From Gemmatimonadales bacterium (GTDB lineage: Bacteria > Gemmatimonadota > Gemmatimonadetes > Gemmatimonadales > GWC2-71-9), in contig JBBQFH010000009.1 in the NCBI GenBank assembly GCA_038321865.1, forward strand, positions 32,001-96,000: 64,000 nt of DNA. The letters are read 5' to 3'. Made by a program: the position numbers and the translations under genes. The first letter of the stretch is position 1. Each line of letters starts with the position of its first letter. The notes under the pieces were generated by a model. It saw only the letters and a list, made by a program, of their open reading frames with translations. It had not been told where the DNA came from and did no database searches. This document shows, one piece after another, positions 46,783-56,146 of this stretch.

Positions 46783-47820
46783 ATGCCCCCGTCCCCAACG
46801 TCCAAACGATTCTCCGTCCGGCCCCGGCACGCGCTCACCGCAGCCGCCATCTTCGCCGCCGGCGTCGTCACCGGTTTGGTGGTCGGCAGGCACGGCCAGC
46901 CGGCGGCAGTGTCCGCGGTGGACCCTGCACCGCCCGTCGACCGTGTGGGCGACTCCGGCGCTGTGCGGGCCAGCCTCCGCCGCGTGCACTACCGGGTATT
47001 TCATGATGTCGCGCTCGACATCGCCTTTCTGCGCGGCGCGCTGACGCCCACACGGGCGGGGCGCCCGGTGACCTTCGACGACCCCACCTCGTTCAACATC
47101 GCCATCGATACCGCCCGCATCGCACTCGACACCGCCGACCTCGGCGGGCTGCTGAATCAATTCGTGTTTCGCTACCAGGGCGCGGCGCTGCGCGACCTCC
47201 ATGCCGAAACCGACAGTGGCAGGCTCAGGCTCCACGGCAAGATCCACAAGCTCATCTCCCTCCCGTTCACGATCGTGGCCGCGGTGCGGGTGACGCCAGA
47301 GGGCATTATCCGCCTGCATCCCGAACAGGTGCGGGTGCTGGGCATCGGCGTGAAGGGCTTGCTCGGGGCGCTCGGCGTGGAGCTCGATGACCTGATCCGG
47401 AACAATCGGCTGCACGGAGTCAAGGTGGTGGAGAACGACCTCGAGCTCGATCCGACCGAACTGCTCCCGCCTCCCCGCATCCAGGGACGCCTTCGCGCGC
47501 TGTTGGTCGAGCCGGGCGCGGTGGTGCAGATCTTCGGACGCCGGCCGGGGGGGCCGCCGTTTGCCCCGAGTCCGACGCTGGGTACGGCCGCAATCGCATT
47601 CAGGGGCGGCGAGCTTCGGTTCGGCAAACTGACCATGGCCGATGCCGACATGCGCATCCTCCGGCCCGATTCAGCGGGACAGTTCGACTTCTACCTGGAT
47701 CGGTATCTGGCGCAGCTCACGGCGGGCTACCACGTCACCACACCGGCCAACGGCCTCGACGTCGTCATGCCCGACTACGCCGAGGCCGAGAGGGGCGTGA
47801 GAGTCCGGGCCCCGCACTGA
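46783..47820 (+). CDS. Membrane-anchored or secreted hypothetical beta-rich protein (possibly LmeA/DUF2993-like)
   Basis: N-terminal hydrophobic segment; long ORF fitting the gene order; family call tentative. Confidence 0.55.
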   Translation: MPPSPTSKRFSVRPRHALTAAAIFAAGVVTGLVVGRHGQPAAVSAVDPAPPVDRVGDSGAVRASLRRVHYRVFHDVALDIAFLRGALTPTRAGRPVTFDDPTSFNIAIDTARIALDTADLGGLLNQFVFRYQGAALRDLHAETDSGRLRLHGKIHKLISLPFTIVAAVRVTPEGIIRLHPEQVRVLGIGVKGLLGALGVELDDLIRNNRLHGVKVVENDLELDPTELLPPPRIQGRLRALLVEPGAVVQIFGRRPGGPPFAPSPTLGTAAIAFRGGELRFGKLTMADADMRILRPDSAGQFDFYLDRYLAQLTAGYHVTTPANGLDVVMPDYAEAERGVRVRAPH

Positions 47821-47851
47821 TGGGCGGTGCCTCCGGTCAGTCTGGCCGGCG

Positions 47852-48424
47852 TCAGGCCGCGACCTGCGCCGTGGTATCGATCCAGGTGGCGAACACCTCC
47901 ATGAACTTGCGGCAGAATTCGCGCGTGCCCTCGTTGGTCAGCCGGCCGGCCGGATCGAGCAATGCCGCGATGCCGCCGATGTAGGCCTCCGGCTGCTGGA
48001 GCGTGGGCATGTCCAGAAACACCAGCGACTGACGCAGGTGATGGTTCGCGCCAAAGCCCGACAGTGCGCCGGGTGAGTTGCTGACCACTGCGGCCGCCTT
48101 GCCCTGCCACACGCTTTGACCATGGGGACGCGAGCCGACGTCGATCGCGTTCTTCAATACGCCGGGCACCGAGCGGTTGTATTCCGGTGTCACGAAGAGC
48201 ACCGCATCCATCAGGCTCATCGTGTCCCGGAACGTCCGCCAGCTCGCCGGAATACGGTGTTCATCATCGAAGTCCTGATTGTAGTGTTCCAGCGTGCCGA
48301 TTTCGACGATTTGCAGTGCGAGGTGCTCGGGCGCCAGCTCGATCAGCGCATTGGCCAGCTTCCGGCTGTACGACTCCCGCCGGAGACTTCCCACCAGGAC
48401 GGCGACGTTGTGCGAATTGCGCAT
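47852..48424 (-). CDS. NAD(P)H-dependent FMN/quinone reductase (ChrR/YieF-like)
   Basis: VGSLR..S, TPEYNRSVPGVLKNAID..SRP. Confidence 0.92.
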   Translation of the reverse strand: MRNSHNVAVLVGSLRRESYSRKLANALIELAPEHLALQIVEIGTLEHYNQDFDDEHRIPASWRTFRDTMSLMDAVLFVTPEYNRSVPGVLKNAIDVGSRPHGQSVWQGKAAAVVSNSPGALSGFGANHHLRQSLVFLDMPTLQQPEAYIGGIAALLDPAGRLTNEGTREFCRKFMEVFATWIDTTAQVAA

Positions 48425-48507
48425 GGATCAGATCCTCAGTAATTGAATTCGATGTAGCATCGCGCCGGAACGGGCCGGGCACTGTGATTGGTGACCGGTC
48501 CGCGGCG

Positions 48508-49404
48508 TCACTCCGGATCCCCGGCGAGGATCCGGAGCTTGGTGCCCCAGGGATCCGTGGCGATCCACCCGTCGCCGGCCTGCTCCGGTTCCCACCCGCC
48601 GCTGCGGATGCTGCCTGCCGCCGCCAGCGCGTCCGCCGCTGACGGAACCTGCATCGTCCACTCCAGCAGGCGCGCGTCGGCAGCTTCTGGCCCGGTCGCC
48701 CCAGCTCCCGCCCAGGTGTTGAGGCCCAGATGGTGGTGATACCCGCCGGCGGCCAGGAAGAGCGCGCCCGGATAGCCGCTCACCATCACATCCAGGCCGA
48801 GCGCCCGATGATAGAAATCGGCGGCCTGATCCAGCGACCCGACGTGCAGATGGACGTGCCCGATCGTCGTTCCGGTGGGGAGGCCGATCCAGCGCTCACT
48901 CCCTGCGGCCTCGATGAGTCCGGCCGTGTCGAGCGGATCGCTGGCCATCACGAGCTCGCGATTCCGCACGCCCCAGCTTTCGCGCGCGCGGTCGGCGTAG
49001 ATCTCGATCCCGAGCCCATCGGGGTCCTCCAGATACAGCGCTTCGCTGACGAGATGATCCGCGGAGCCGGTCCGGACGCCGAGCGCGCGAAGATGCCGCA
49101 GCAGCCGGCCCAGCGCGGCGCGATCCGGCAGCAAGATCGCGAAATGGTACAGCCCCAGCCGGCCCTTGGGCGGCGCTCGGCGAGCGCCGGGCAGTTCACT
49201 GAGCTGGAGGAGAGCAGGACCATCGGCGGCAGCAAGCGTGGCGGTGCCGGCGTGCTCCCGTATCAGCCGGAAGCCGATGATCGTGGTGTAGAACGCCACC
49301 GACCGCGCCAGGTCACCGACCTGGAGCCGAACCAGCCCAAGCCGGGTATCGGCCGGAAGCCGATACCCCGACGGCGCGACGCCGTACTCGTCGAGCGGTC
49401 GCAT
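48508..49404 (-). CDS. VOC-family catechol 2,3-dioxygenase (CatE-like)
   Basis: GLYHFAILLP, DHLVSEALYL.DPDG.GIEIY.D, GHVHLHV, GGYHHHLGLN.W. Confidence 0.9.
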   Translation of the reverse strand: MRPLDEYGVAPSGYRLPADTRLGLVRLQVGDLARSVAFYTTIIGFRLIREHAGTATLAAADGPALLQLSELPGARRAPPKGRLGLYHFAILLPDRAALGRLLRHLRALGVRTGSADHLVSEALYLEDPDGLGIEIYADRARESWGVRNRELVMASDPLDTAGLIEAAGSERWIGLPTGTTIGHVHLHVGSLDQAADFYHRALGLDVMVSGYPGALFLAAGGYHHHLGLNTWAGAGATGPEAADARLLEWTMQVPSAADALAAAGSIRSGGWEPEQAGDGWIATDPWGTKLRILAGDPE

Positions 49405-49406
49405 CG

Positions 49407-49868
49407 TCAGCTGGCCCGGCGCGTCGCGTGCCGGGCACCCAGGGCGGCATCCACGCTCGCACCGGTGGCACCGTTGCCTGCGATGAAGGCGAAGATGAGC
49501 GCGTAGAGGAGCGCGAGCTCCCCGCCGTTCTGAATCGGCGCGCCACCCTTGGGCAGGTGCACCATCGCAAACGCGACCAGCATCTCTCCCATCAGGAGAA
49601 ACGCGACTGGACGTGTCAGCAGGCCGATGACGAGGAAAAAGCCGCCCACCAGCTCCAGCACACCCGCGGCGCCGAACTGGGACATCAGCGGCACGGCGGC
49701 TCCCGGGGCGCCCATGCCGCCGAACATGCCGAAGAGCTTCTGCAGGCCATGCTGCATGAAGAGCGCGCCGACGCCGACGCGGAGCAGGACCTGGGCACTG
49801 GCGGCCAGCTGAAGCCGCGTGCGTGCGGCGATCGGCCGGTAGGTGGTGGGTGCGGAAATGGTCGTCAT
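49407..49868 (-). CDS. DoxX family membrane protein (CatD-like)
   Basis: LRV..G.LF..HG.QKL, GLLTRP, GEL. Confidence 0.9.
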   Translation of the reverse strand: MTTISAPTTYRPIAARTRLQLAASAQVLLRVGVGALFMQHGLQKLFGMFGGMGAPGAAVPLMSQFGAAGVLELVGGFFLVIGLLTRPVAFLLMGEMLVAFAMVHLPKGGAPIQNGGELALLYALIFAFIAGNGATGASVDAALGARHATRRAS

Positions 49869-49900
49869 GGTGATCTCGCTTACTCGAAGGGTACTTAACC

Positions 49901-49927
49901 GTGTTACGACATTATATGTGATGACAC
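49901..49927 (-). promoter_or_regulatory. doxX promoter: TATAAT flanked by two RTGT-N4-ACAY palindromes
   Basis: GTGTTACGACAT (49901-49912) and ATGTGATGACAC (49916-49927) around ATTATA (49911-49916). Confidence 0.7.
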
Positions 49928-49948
49928 TTATTAGGGCTGGACCAACCG

Positions 49949-50413
49949 TCAGCCCGGCGTGCGAACCCGCTCCAGCAGCGCCACGAGCGTCCGAAGATCC
50001 GGCTCGCTCATGTGGCCCAGCAGGCGCCGGTGCAACTCCGCGACCGGCTCATCCAGTTCGGCCAGGAGCTGGAGCCCGCCCGGCGTGATCCGCGTCGTGA
50101 CGAATCGCCGATCGCTGTCCCCGCGCTCCCGCTCGAGGAGGCCCATCTTCTCCAGCCGATCGAGCAGGCGAGTGGCATCGGGGACCTTCGCCACGAGCCG
50201 ATCCCGCACCGCGTTTCGGCAGAGACCGTGGCTGCCGGCGCCCCGGAGGACGCGAAGCACGTTGTACTGGGTGCCGGTGATGCCTCGCGACTTCATGGCC
50301 TCGCCGAAGGCGTGTCCCACTACCGCCGCCGTGCGGATGATGTTCAGATGCGCCTCTTCCTGGACGCTGCCGAACGGCTTGCTCTGCCTGATCTCCTCCT
50401 GCAGCGTGGTCAT
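49949..50413 (-). CDS. MarR family transcriptional regulator
   Basis: TQYNVLRVLRG, PDATRLLDRLE..GL..R, DRR.V...IT..G; start MTTLQEEI. Confidence 0.92.
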   Translation of the reverse strand: MTTLQEEIRQSKPFGSVQEEAHLNIIRTAAVVGHAFGEAMKSRGITGTQYNVLRVLRGAGSHGLCRNAVRDRLVAKVPDATRLLDRLEKMGLLERERGDSDRRFVTTRITPGGLQLLAELDEPVAELHRRLLGHMSEPDLRTLVALLERVRTPG

Positions 50414-50419
50414 GGCATC

Positions 50420-50448
50420 AATGTAGGTGTTATCACACTTACTGTCAA
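50420..50448 (-). promoter_or_regulatory. marR promoter TTGACA-N17-TACATT with operator palindrome in the spacer
   Basis: GTGTTATCACAC at 50427-50438; -10 lies 6 nt from the ATG. Confidence 0.78.
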
Positions 50449-50460
50449 GGGGCAGAGCTG

Positions 50461-51354
50461 CTAGCCGGGAAAGACCCAGGTCTGGCCGATCTCCCGCACC
50501 ACCACCCGCCAGGCCTCGCGGCCGGCCGCGTCGAGGAGGCGGGCGAGAGGCTCTTCGGCGGGCTCGCGGCTGAGCCGGAACGTGGAGTGGTGGATCGGAA
50601 GCAGATACGACGCACCGAGCGCCTTGAACATGCGCCAGGCCTCTTCCGGTGAGGCGTGGTTGGCGATCCACGGGTCGTAGGCACCGATCGGCAGAATGGC
50701 GAGGTCGATCGCACGCCGCTGGCCGATCGGAGTGAGCAGGTCGGTATAGGCGGTGTCGCCGGCGAAGAGGACCGTCCGGCCGCCGCGCTCGAGGAGATAG
50801 CCTCCGTAGCCGCGATGGGTGTCGGTCAGCACCCGCGCTCCCCAGTGCCGTGCGGGCACCGCCTCCACGCGGACACCGGATACGCTGGCGGCGGCGCCCC
50901 AGGCCAGCTCGGTGACCGGGCGGAACCGTCGGACCAGATCGCGATTGCCCGCCTGGACCACGACGGGCGTATCGCGCGGAAGCGCACCGAGAGTTCCGAG
51001 GTCGGTGTGGTCCATATGGCTGTGCGACAGCACGATCAGGTCCAGTGGCGGCAGCTCACGAGCGGCAAGCGCGGGCTCCACCAGGCGACGCGGACCGAGC
51101 TTGGCGCGGCCGCGGCCGACACCGATGCGTGGCTCGAGGGCGGGATCGGTAATCAGCGCGGCGCCGTGGATATTCAGCAGCACGGTCGCGTGGCCGAGCC
51201 ACGAGGCGGTGAGCTCGCCCGGACTCCAGGCGGCGGGATCGGGGCGATGGGGGGCGGGCATCATGGGCGTCGCGCTCTCTCGCCGCCGCTCGGCGATGGC
51301 GCCGCGAATGAAGCGGCGGGCGAAACCGAGATGCTGGTTGAACGGAAGTGGCAT
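50461..51354 (-). CDS. MBL-fold metallo-hydrolase (NAPE-PLD/RomA-like)
   Basis: WLGHAT, SHSHMDH, RHWG.R, AGDT, LPIGAY, PIHH.TF. Confidence 0.9.
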   Translation of the reverse strand: MPLPFNQHLGFARRFIRGAIAERRRESATPMMPAPHRPDPAAWSPGELTASWLGHATVLLNIHGAALITDPALEPRIGVGRGRAKLGPRRLVEPALAARELPPLDLIVLSHSHMDHTDLGTLGALPRDTPVVVQAGNRDLVRRFRPVTELAWGAAASVSGVRVEAVPARHWGARVLTDTHRGYGGYLLERGGRTVLFAGDTAYTDLLTPIGQRRAIDLAILPIGAYDPWIANHASPEEAWRMFKALGASYLLPIHHSTFRLSREPAEEPLARLLDAAGREAWRVVVREIGQTWVFPG

Positions 51355-51388
51355 GCGGGAAATCTATCCCGGTGATTACCTTTTTCGG

Positions 51389-51835
51389 ATGCGCATCGTT
51401 CTCCAGCGCGTCTCGCGAGCCTCGGTCACGATCGGAGGGCAGGTCACGGGGCGCATCGAGCGCGGCTTCTGTCTGTTGCTCGGCACCACCCACAGCGATA
51501 CCGGGGCCGAAGCGGACTGGCTGGCCGAGAAGGTGGCGGGGCTTCGCCTGTTCAGCGACGCCGAAGGCCGGATGAACCTCGCGTTGTCGGAGGTCGCCGG
51601 CGCCGTACTGGTCATCTCGCAGTTCACGCTGTACGGTGATGCGGCAAAGGGCCGTCGCCCGTCGTTCGCCGCCGCCGCGCGGCCGGAGCAGGCGGCCGCG
51701 CGCTACGACGGTTTCGTCGCCGCGCTGCGTGCGCGCGGTGTCCGGGTGGAGACGGGCGAGTTCGGCGCCGACATGCAGGTGGACATTCAGAACGATGGTC
51801 CGGTAACACTCGTCCTTGACCGCGATGCCCAATGA
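51389..51835 (+). CDS. dtd: D-aminoacyl-tRNA deacylase
   Basis: [27 protein letters not shown]. Confidence 0.96.
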   Translation: MRIVLQRVSRASVTIGGQVTGRIERGFCLLLGTTHSDTGAEADWLAEKVAGLRLFSDAEGRMNLALSEVAGAVLVISQFTLYGDAAKGRRPSFAAAARPEQAAARYDGFVAALRARGVRVETGEFGADMQVDIQNDGPVTLVLDRDAQ

Positions 51836-52428
51836 CCGAGCCGATCACCCTTGCCTCAGCCTCTCCCCGCCGCCGCCAGCTGCTGGAAATGCTCGGTATT
51901 CCGCTGATCGTGGCACCATCGCACATCCCCGAGGTGCGGCGGGCCGGGGAGGCTCCGGCGGACTACGTCCAGCGACTCGCCCGCCAGAAGGCGCAGAGCG
52001 TGACTGGCCGCTTCGTGCTCGGGGCCGACACCACGGTGGTGCTCAGGGACGAAGTGCTGGAAAAGCCGCTCGATGCGGCAGATGCGCTGCGGATGCTCAT
52101 GAAGCTCCAGGGCCGGACGCACCAGGTCATCACGGCAGTGGCCGTGGTGACCGGTGATGTCGTCCGCCAGGCGACCGACATCACGAGCGTGAACTTTCGC
52201 GCGGCGGACGAAGCGATGCTGCGGGCCTACGTCGCGACCGGCGAGCCGATGGACAAGGCCGGTGCGTATGGCATTCAGGGGTATGGCGCGGCTCTGGTGG
52301 AACGGATCGAGGGGGACTTCTTCAGCGTGATGGGCCTTCCGGTGCGTCTGGTGCTCCGGCTGCTGGCCGAGGCGGGGTGGGAATACCGGTTCGACGTGCC
52401 GGCGAAGGGCGCGAAGGCGAAGAAGTAG
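51832..52428 (+). CDS. maf: Maf nucleotide pyrophosphatase
   Basis: [28 protein letters not shown]. Confidence 0.95.
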   Translation: MTEPITLASASPRRRQLLEMLGIPLIVAPSHIPEVRRAGEAPADYVQRLARQKAQSVTGRFVLGADTTVVLRDEVLEKPLDAADALRMLMKLQGRTHQVITAVAVVTGDVVRQATDITSVNFRAADEAMLRAYVATGEPMDKAGAYGIQGYGAALVERIEGDFFSVMGLPVRLVLRLLAEAGWEYRFDVPAKGAKAKK

Positions 52429-52431
52429 ACC

Positions 52432-54060
52432 TTACGCCTGCGGCTCGGCCCGCACGCGATAGACCGGCACCGCATGCAGCTTGCCCTTCAGTGCCATCTC
52501 CGGCAGCCATTCGAACTCACGGGCTTCACTCACCAGGGCCCGGAACGACTCCGTGACCAGGATGTCTCCCGCGTTGGCGCGGGAGCAGAGGCGCGCCGCG
52601 ATGTTTACCGAGTCGCCGATCACGGTATACTCGAGCCGCCGGTGACTTCCGATGTTGCCCGCGAACACCTCGCCGTAGTTAATGCCGATACCCACATCGA
52701 TGGTCGGACGCCCCTCGGCGGCCCAGCGTTCATTGAGCCGTGCCAGCGCCGCCTGCATGGCGACCGCCGCGCGGAGCGCCCGGTCCGGATCGTCGCCGTG
52801 GGCGATCGGCGCACCCCACAGCGCCATCATCGCGTCGCCGATGAATTTATCGAGCGTGCCGCCGTGCTCGAAGATCACCTCCAACATCTCGGTGAAGTAG
52901 TCGCTCAGGAGGCGGGCGATCTCGTCCGGACTCATGGACTCCGACATGGTCGTGAAGCCGCGGATGTCGCTGAAGAGAATGGTGATCGGCCGCTTCTCCC
53001 CTCCCAGCCGGACGGCCCCCTGCTGGCGGGCGATCTCGAGCGCGACGTTCGGCGCGAAGTACCGCTCGAAATTCGAGCGGACCATGGCCTCCCGCTGGAT
53101 CTGCTCGGCGTAGCGGCTGTTCTTGATGCCGAGCGCGGCCAGCCCGCTGAACGCGACCAGAAACTGCAGGTCCTCATCGGTGAACGAGTTCACCGCCGTC
53201 AGGTTGTCCACGTACAGGATGCCCAGCACCTGGTCGGACGAGGCCATGAGCGGCGAGCACATCGCGCTCCGCACGCTTTGCATCATGATCGAGCGTCCCT
53301 GGAAGCGGGCGTCGGTGGCGGCGTTGTGAGAGAGCACGGCGACGCGCTCGTCCACGACCTTGCGGGCGATCGAGCGCGGCACGCGCTGAAACTCGGCGTC
53401 GCCCAGGCGGCTGCGTGAGATCGTCGGAAGCAGCTCGCCGGTGTCGCTCAGGAGCAGGATCGAGACGCGGTCGACGTTCATCACCTCGAACGTCATATCG
53501 GCGACCGTGCCGAGCAGACGATCCAGGTCGAGCTCGCCGGACAGCTTCTGCGAGATGTCGAGCAGGAGGGACAGCTTCTTGGTGGTGCGCTCCTCCTCGG
53601 TGCGAGCGGCAAGCCGGAGCTGCCCGATCTCCGACATCGGGCCGTCGCCGGTAATGATACCCGGTGGAATACCGCCGCTCACCTGCATCTGGCGGACGAT
53701 CTTGCCACCCGGCGCATGGGTCCCCGTCAAGAGCGCCGCGTCCGATGCCGGCGTCGGCGCGGACTGAAGAGGCGGCGTCTCCTCGACGCGAAACTGCACC
53801 TTGCCGAAGGTGACGAATTCGCCCGTCGAAACCGTGCCTTCCTTCACCCGCGCGCCATTGATGCAGGTGCCGTTGGAGCTGCCCAGGTCCCTGAGCTGCA
53901 CGCCCGCCGGGCCGGCGGTCAGCTCAGCGTGGCGGCGCGAGATCGTCGGGTCATAGACCGCGATGTCGCTCGTGATGCCGCGACCCACGACGACGCACCG
54001 GCCTTCCGGAAGTTCGAAGACCTGGCTGCCGACGACGCTGACGAGGCGATATGATGGCAT
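52432..54060 (-). CDS. FHA-GAF-class III adenylate cyclase
   Basis: GR...ISRRHA...DLGSSNGT (FHA); GAF with LYVDN; FSDIRGFT, DKFIGD, TVIGDSVNIAARL. Confidence 0.92.
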   Translation of the reverse strand: MPSYRLVSVVGSQVFELPEGRCVVVGRGITSDIAVYDPTISRRHAELTAGPAGVQLRDLGSSNGTCINGARVKEGTVSTGEFVTFGKVQFRVEETPPLQSAPTPASDAALLTGTHAPGGKIVRQMQVSGGIPPGIITGDGPMSEIGQLRLAARTEEERTTKKLSLLLDISQKLSGELDLDRLLGTVADMTFEVMNVDRVSILLLSDTGELLPTISRSRLGDAEFQRVPRSIARKVVDERVAVLSHNAATDARFQGRSIMMQSVRSAMCSPLMASSDQVLGILYVDNLTAVNSFTDEDLQFLVAFSGLAALGIKNSRYAEQIQREAMVRSNFERYFAPNVALEIARQQGAVRLGGEKRPITILFSDIRGFTTMSESMSPDEIARLLSDYFTEMLEVIFEHGGTLDKFIGDAMMALWGAPIAHGDDPDRALRAAVAMQAALARLNERWAAEGRPTIDVGIGINYGEVFAGNIGSHRRLEYTVIGDSVNIAARLCSRANAGDILVTESFRALVSEAREFEWLPEMALKGKLHAVPVYRVRAEPQA

Positions 54061-54069
54061 GAGCGAAGC

Positions 54070-55551
54070 CTAGCGAGTCCCGGCGGCGCGGGCGAGGGCG
54101 GCGAGCACGGCGCCGGCCTTGGCCTCGGTCTCCATCCATTCGCGATGGGGATCGGAATCGGCCACGATGCCGGCGCCGGCCTGCACCCAGGCGCGGCCGC
54201 CGCGCATGACGCAGGTGCGGATGGCGATCGCCGTATCCAGCGACGTCGCGCCCCAGCCGATGTAGCCGACCGCCCCGGCGTATGGGCCGCGCCGCGTAGG
54301 CTCGAGCGCGTCGATGATCTGCATGGCGCGCACCTTCGGCGCGCCCGAGACTGTGCCGGCCGGAAAACACGCGGCGAGCGCCGCCAGCGCATCGAACTCC
54401 GGCCGGAGCGTGCCTCGCACCTCGCTCACCAGGTGCATCACGTGCGAATACCGTTCGACCGTCATGTACGCCGTCACCTCGACCGAGCCGTATTCCGCCA
54501 CCTTGCCGACGTCGTTCCGGCCGAGATCCACCAGCATTACGTGTTCGGCCCGCTCCTTGTCATCGGCCAGCAGCTCGTCGGCCAGCGCCGCGTCCTGCTC
54601 GGCGGTACGTCCCCTGGGCCGAGTCCCCGCGATCGGCCGCACCATCACTTCGCGGCCATGCACCCGTACGAGCGCTTCGGGTGAGCTGCCGATGATGTGA
54701 AGGTCATCGCAGTGAAGAAAATAGAGATACGGCGCGGGGTTGAGCGCGCGCAGATGCCGGTAGGTCAGCAGCGGCTCAGGCGCCTCCAAGTCGAGGCGGC
54801 GCGAGAGCACGGTCTGGAAGGTGTCCCCGGCGACGATATGCTCCTGGATGACCCTCACATCGGCTTCGAACTGCGCATCGGCGTACGGGGAGGTCACCGG
54901 CAGCGCGGGGGCGTCGCCGGCATCGAGCGGGGCCAGCGTTCCCGGTGTCCGGAGCCGATCGAGCCAGTCGGTGATTCGCGCCGCAGCCACGTCGTACCGG
55001 GCTCGAAGCTCACGGTCATCCAGCTCCGCCGTGACCGCGATGCTCGCCACGACGGTGGCGCGGCCGTACACATTGTCGAGGACAACCACCGTATCCGCGA
55101 TCATGAGCACGGCGTCGGGCAGCTCGCGGTCGTCGGGCGGCGCGTCGGGCAGCCGCTCGAGCGTGCGCACGACGTCGTACCCGATGAAGCCGACGGCGCC
55201 GCCGGTGAACGGCGGCAGACCCTGGACCGGCGCGGCCGGACGACCCCGGAGGATGCCGCCGATGTGTTCCAGCGGCGCCGCGTCGGTCTCCGGTTCCCAC
55301 CCGCCGGCGCTGGTCCAGCGGGCACAGCGCCGGCCGAAATAGCGAAACACCTCGGATGGCTCGGTCCCGATGAAACTGTAGCGGGCCCAGCGCTCCCCAC
55401 CCTGGAGCGACTCGAGCAGGAAGCCGTACGGGCCGCGATGCAGCTTGGCGAAGGCGCTCACGGGCGTGTCCCCGTCGAGCACCACTTCACGGGTTACCGG
55501 CACCATGCCGCCGCCGCGCGCGAGCTCGCGGAAGGCGTCGAACGAAGTCAC
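54070..55551 (-). CDS. trpE: Anthranilate synthase component I
   Basis: LLES, NPAPY, SSPE, PIAGTR, EHVMLVDLGRND, GTVSGAPK. Confidence 0.88.
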   Translation of the reverse strand: MTSFDAFRELARGGGMVPVTREVVLDGDTPVSAFAKLHRGPYGFLLESLQGGERWARYSFIGTEPSEVFRYFGRRCARWTSAGGWEPETDAAPLEHIGGILRGRPAAPVQGLPPFTGGAVGFIGYDVVRTLERLPDAPPDDRELPDAVLMIADTVVVLDNVYGRATVVASIAVTAELDDRELRARYDVAAARITDWLDRLRTPGTLAPLDAGDAPALPVTSPYADAQFEADVRVIQEHIVAGDTFQTVLSRRLDLEAPEPLLTYRHLRALNPAPYLYFLHCDDLHIIGSSPEALVRVHGREVMVRPIAGTRPRGRTAEQDAALADELLADDKERAEHVMLVDLGRNDVGKVAEYGSVEVTAYMTVERYSHVMHLVSEVRGTLRPEFDALAALAACFPAGTVSGAPKVRAMQIIDALEPTRRGPYAGAVGYIGWGATSLDTAIAIRTCVMRGGRAWVQAGAGIVADSDPHREWMETEAKAGAVLAALARAAGTR

Positions 55552-56108
55552 CTCGGCGCGGCGACCAGATAGGTGCCGGGCTGAGCCGCCAGTGCCTGGA
55601 GATTGTCCGACGCCGGGTGGGTGGAAGCCAGGAGCGTGATCTGGCCGTTGGCCGAGGAGCGGCCGATGGCGAGGGCACGCTCGAACAGCAGGTGATTGGC
55701 GTACTTGGGCGCCGCGTCGGCGGGCACGACAAGGTGGACGGCGTACTTGAAGGTGATCTGCCCACCTGCCGCGAACGGCGAATCGGTCTCGATGATCAGG
55801 CCGAGCCCGGCAGGGGCCGGCCGCAGCGTGACGTGCACGGCGGTGCCGGCCGGCGCCTGGAAGGCCCCGGCCCCGAAGTACACGTCTGCCAGGATCATGT
55901 TGTCGGGATCCGGCGTGCGCAGCAGCACGTGGCGCGGGGTGCCGGACACGAGCGCCGCGGCGGTGTCGGCCGGCGGTGGCCCCGACCGGCCCGCGAGGTA
56001 GACGTCGGTCATCGCCACGGTCCGCTCGGCGGTCGGCTTCGGTGCACTCTCCTGCGCCGGCGTCGTGCCGCGGCCGCATGCGGCCGCGGCTCCGAGCCAC
56101 AGTGTCAT
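55548..56108 (-). CDS. Hypothetical lipoprotein (start uncertain)
   Basis: LGAAAAC lipobox-like segment; GTGA overlap with trpE. Confidence 0.55.
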   Translation of the reverse strand: MTLWLGAAAACGRGTTPAQESAPKPTAERTVAMTDVYLAGRSGPPPADTAAALVSGTPRHVLLRTPDPDNMILADVYFGAGAFQAPAGTAVHVTLRPAPAGLGLIIETDSPFAAGGQITFKYAVHLVVPADAAPKYANHLLFERALAIGRSSANGQITLLASTHPASDNLQALAAQPGTYLVAAPR

Positions 56109-56146
56109 GCTTGCCCGGGCCGTCCGACCCTCGAATATTCCCACGG

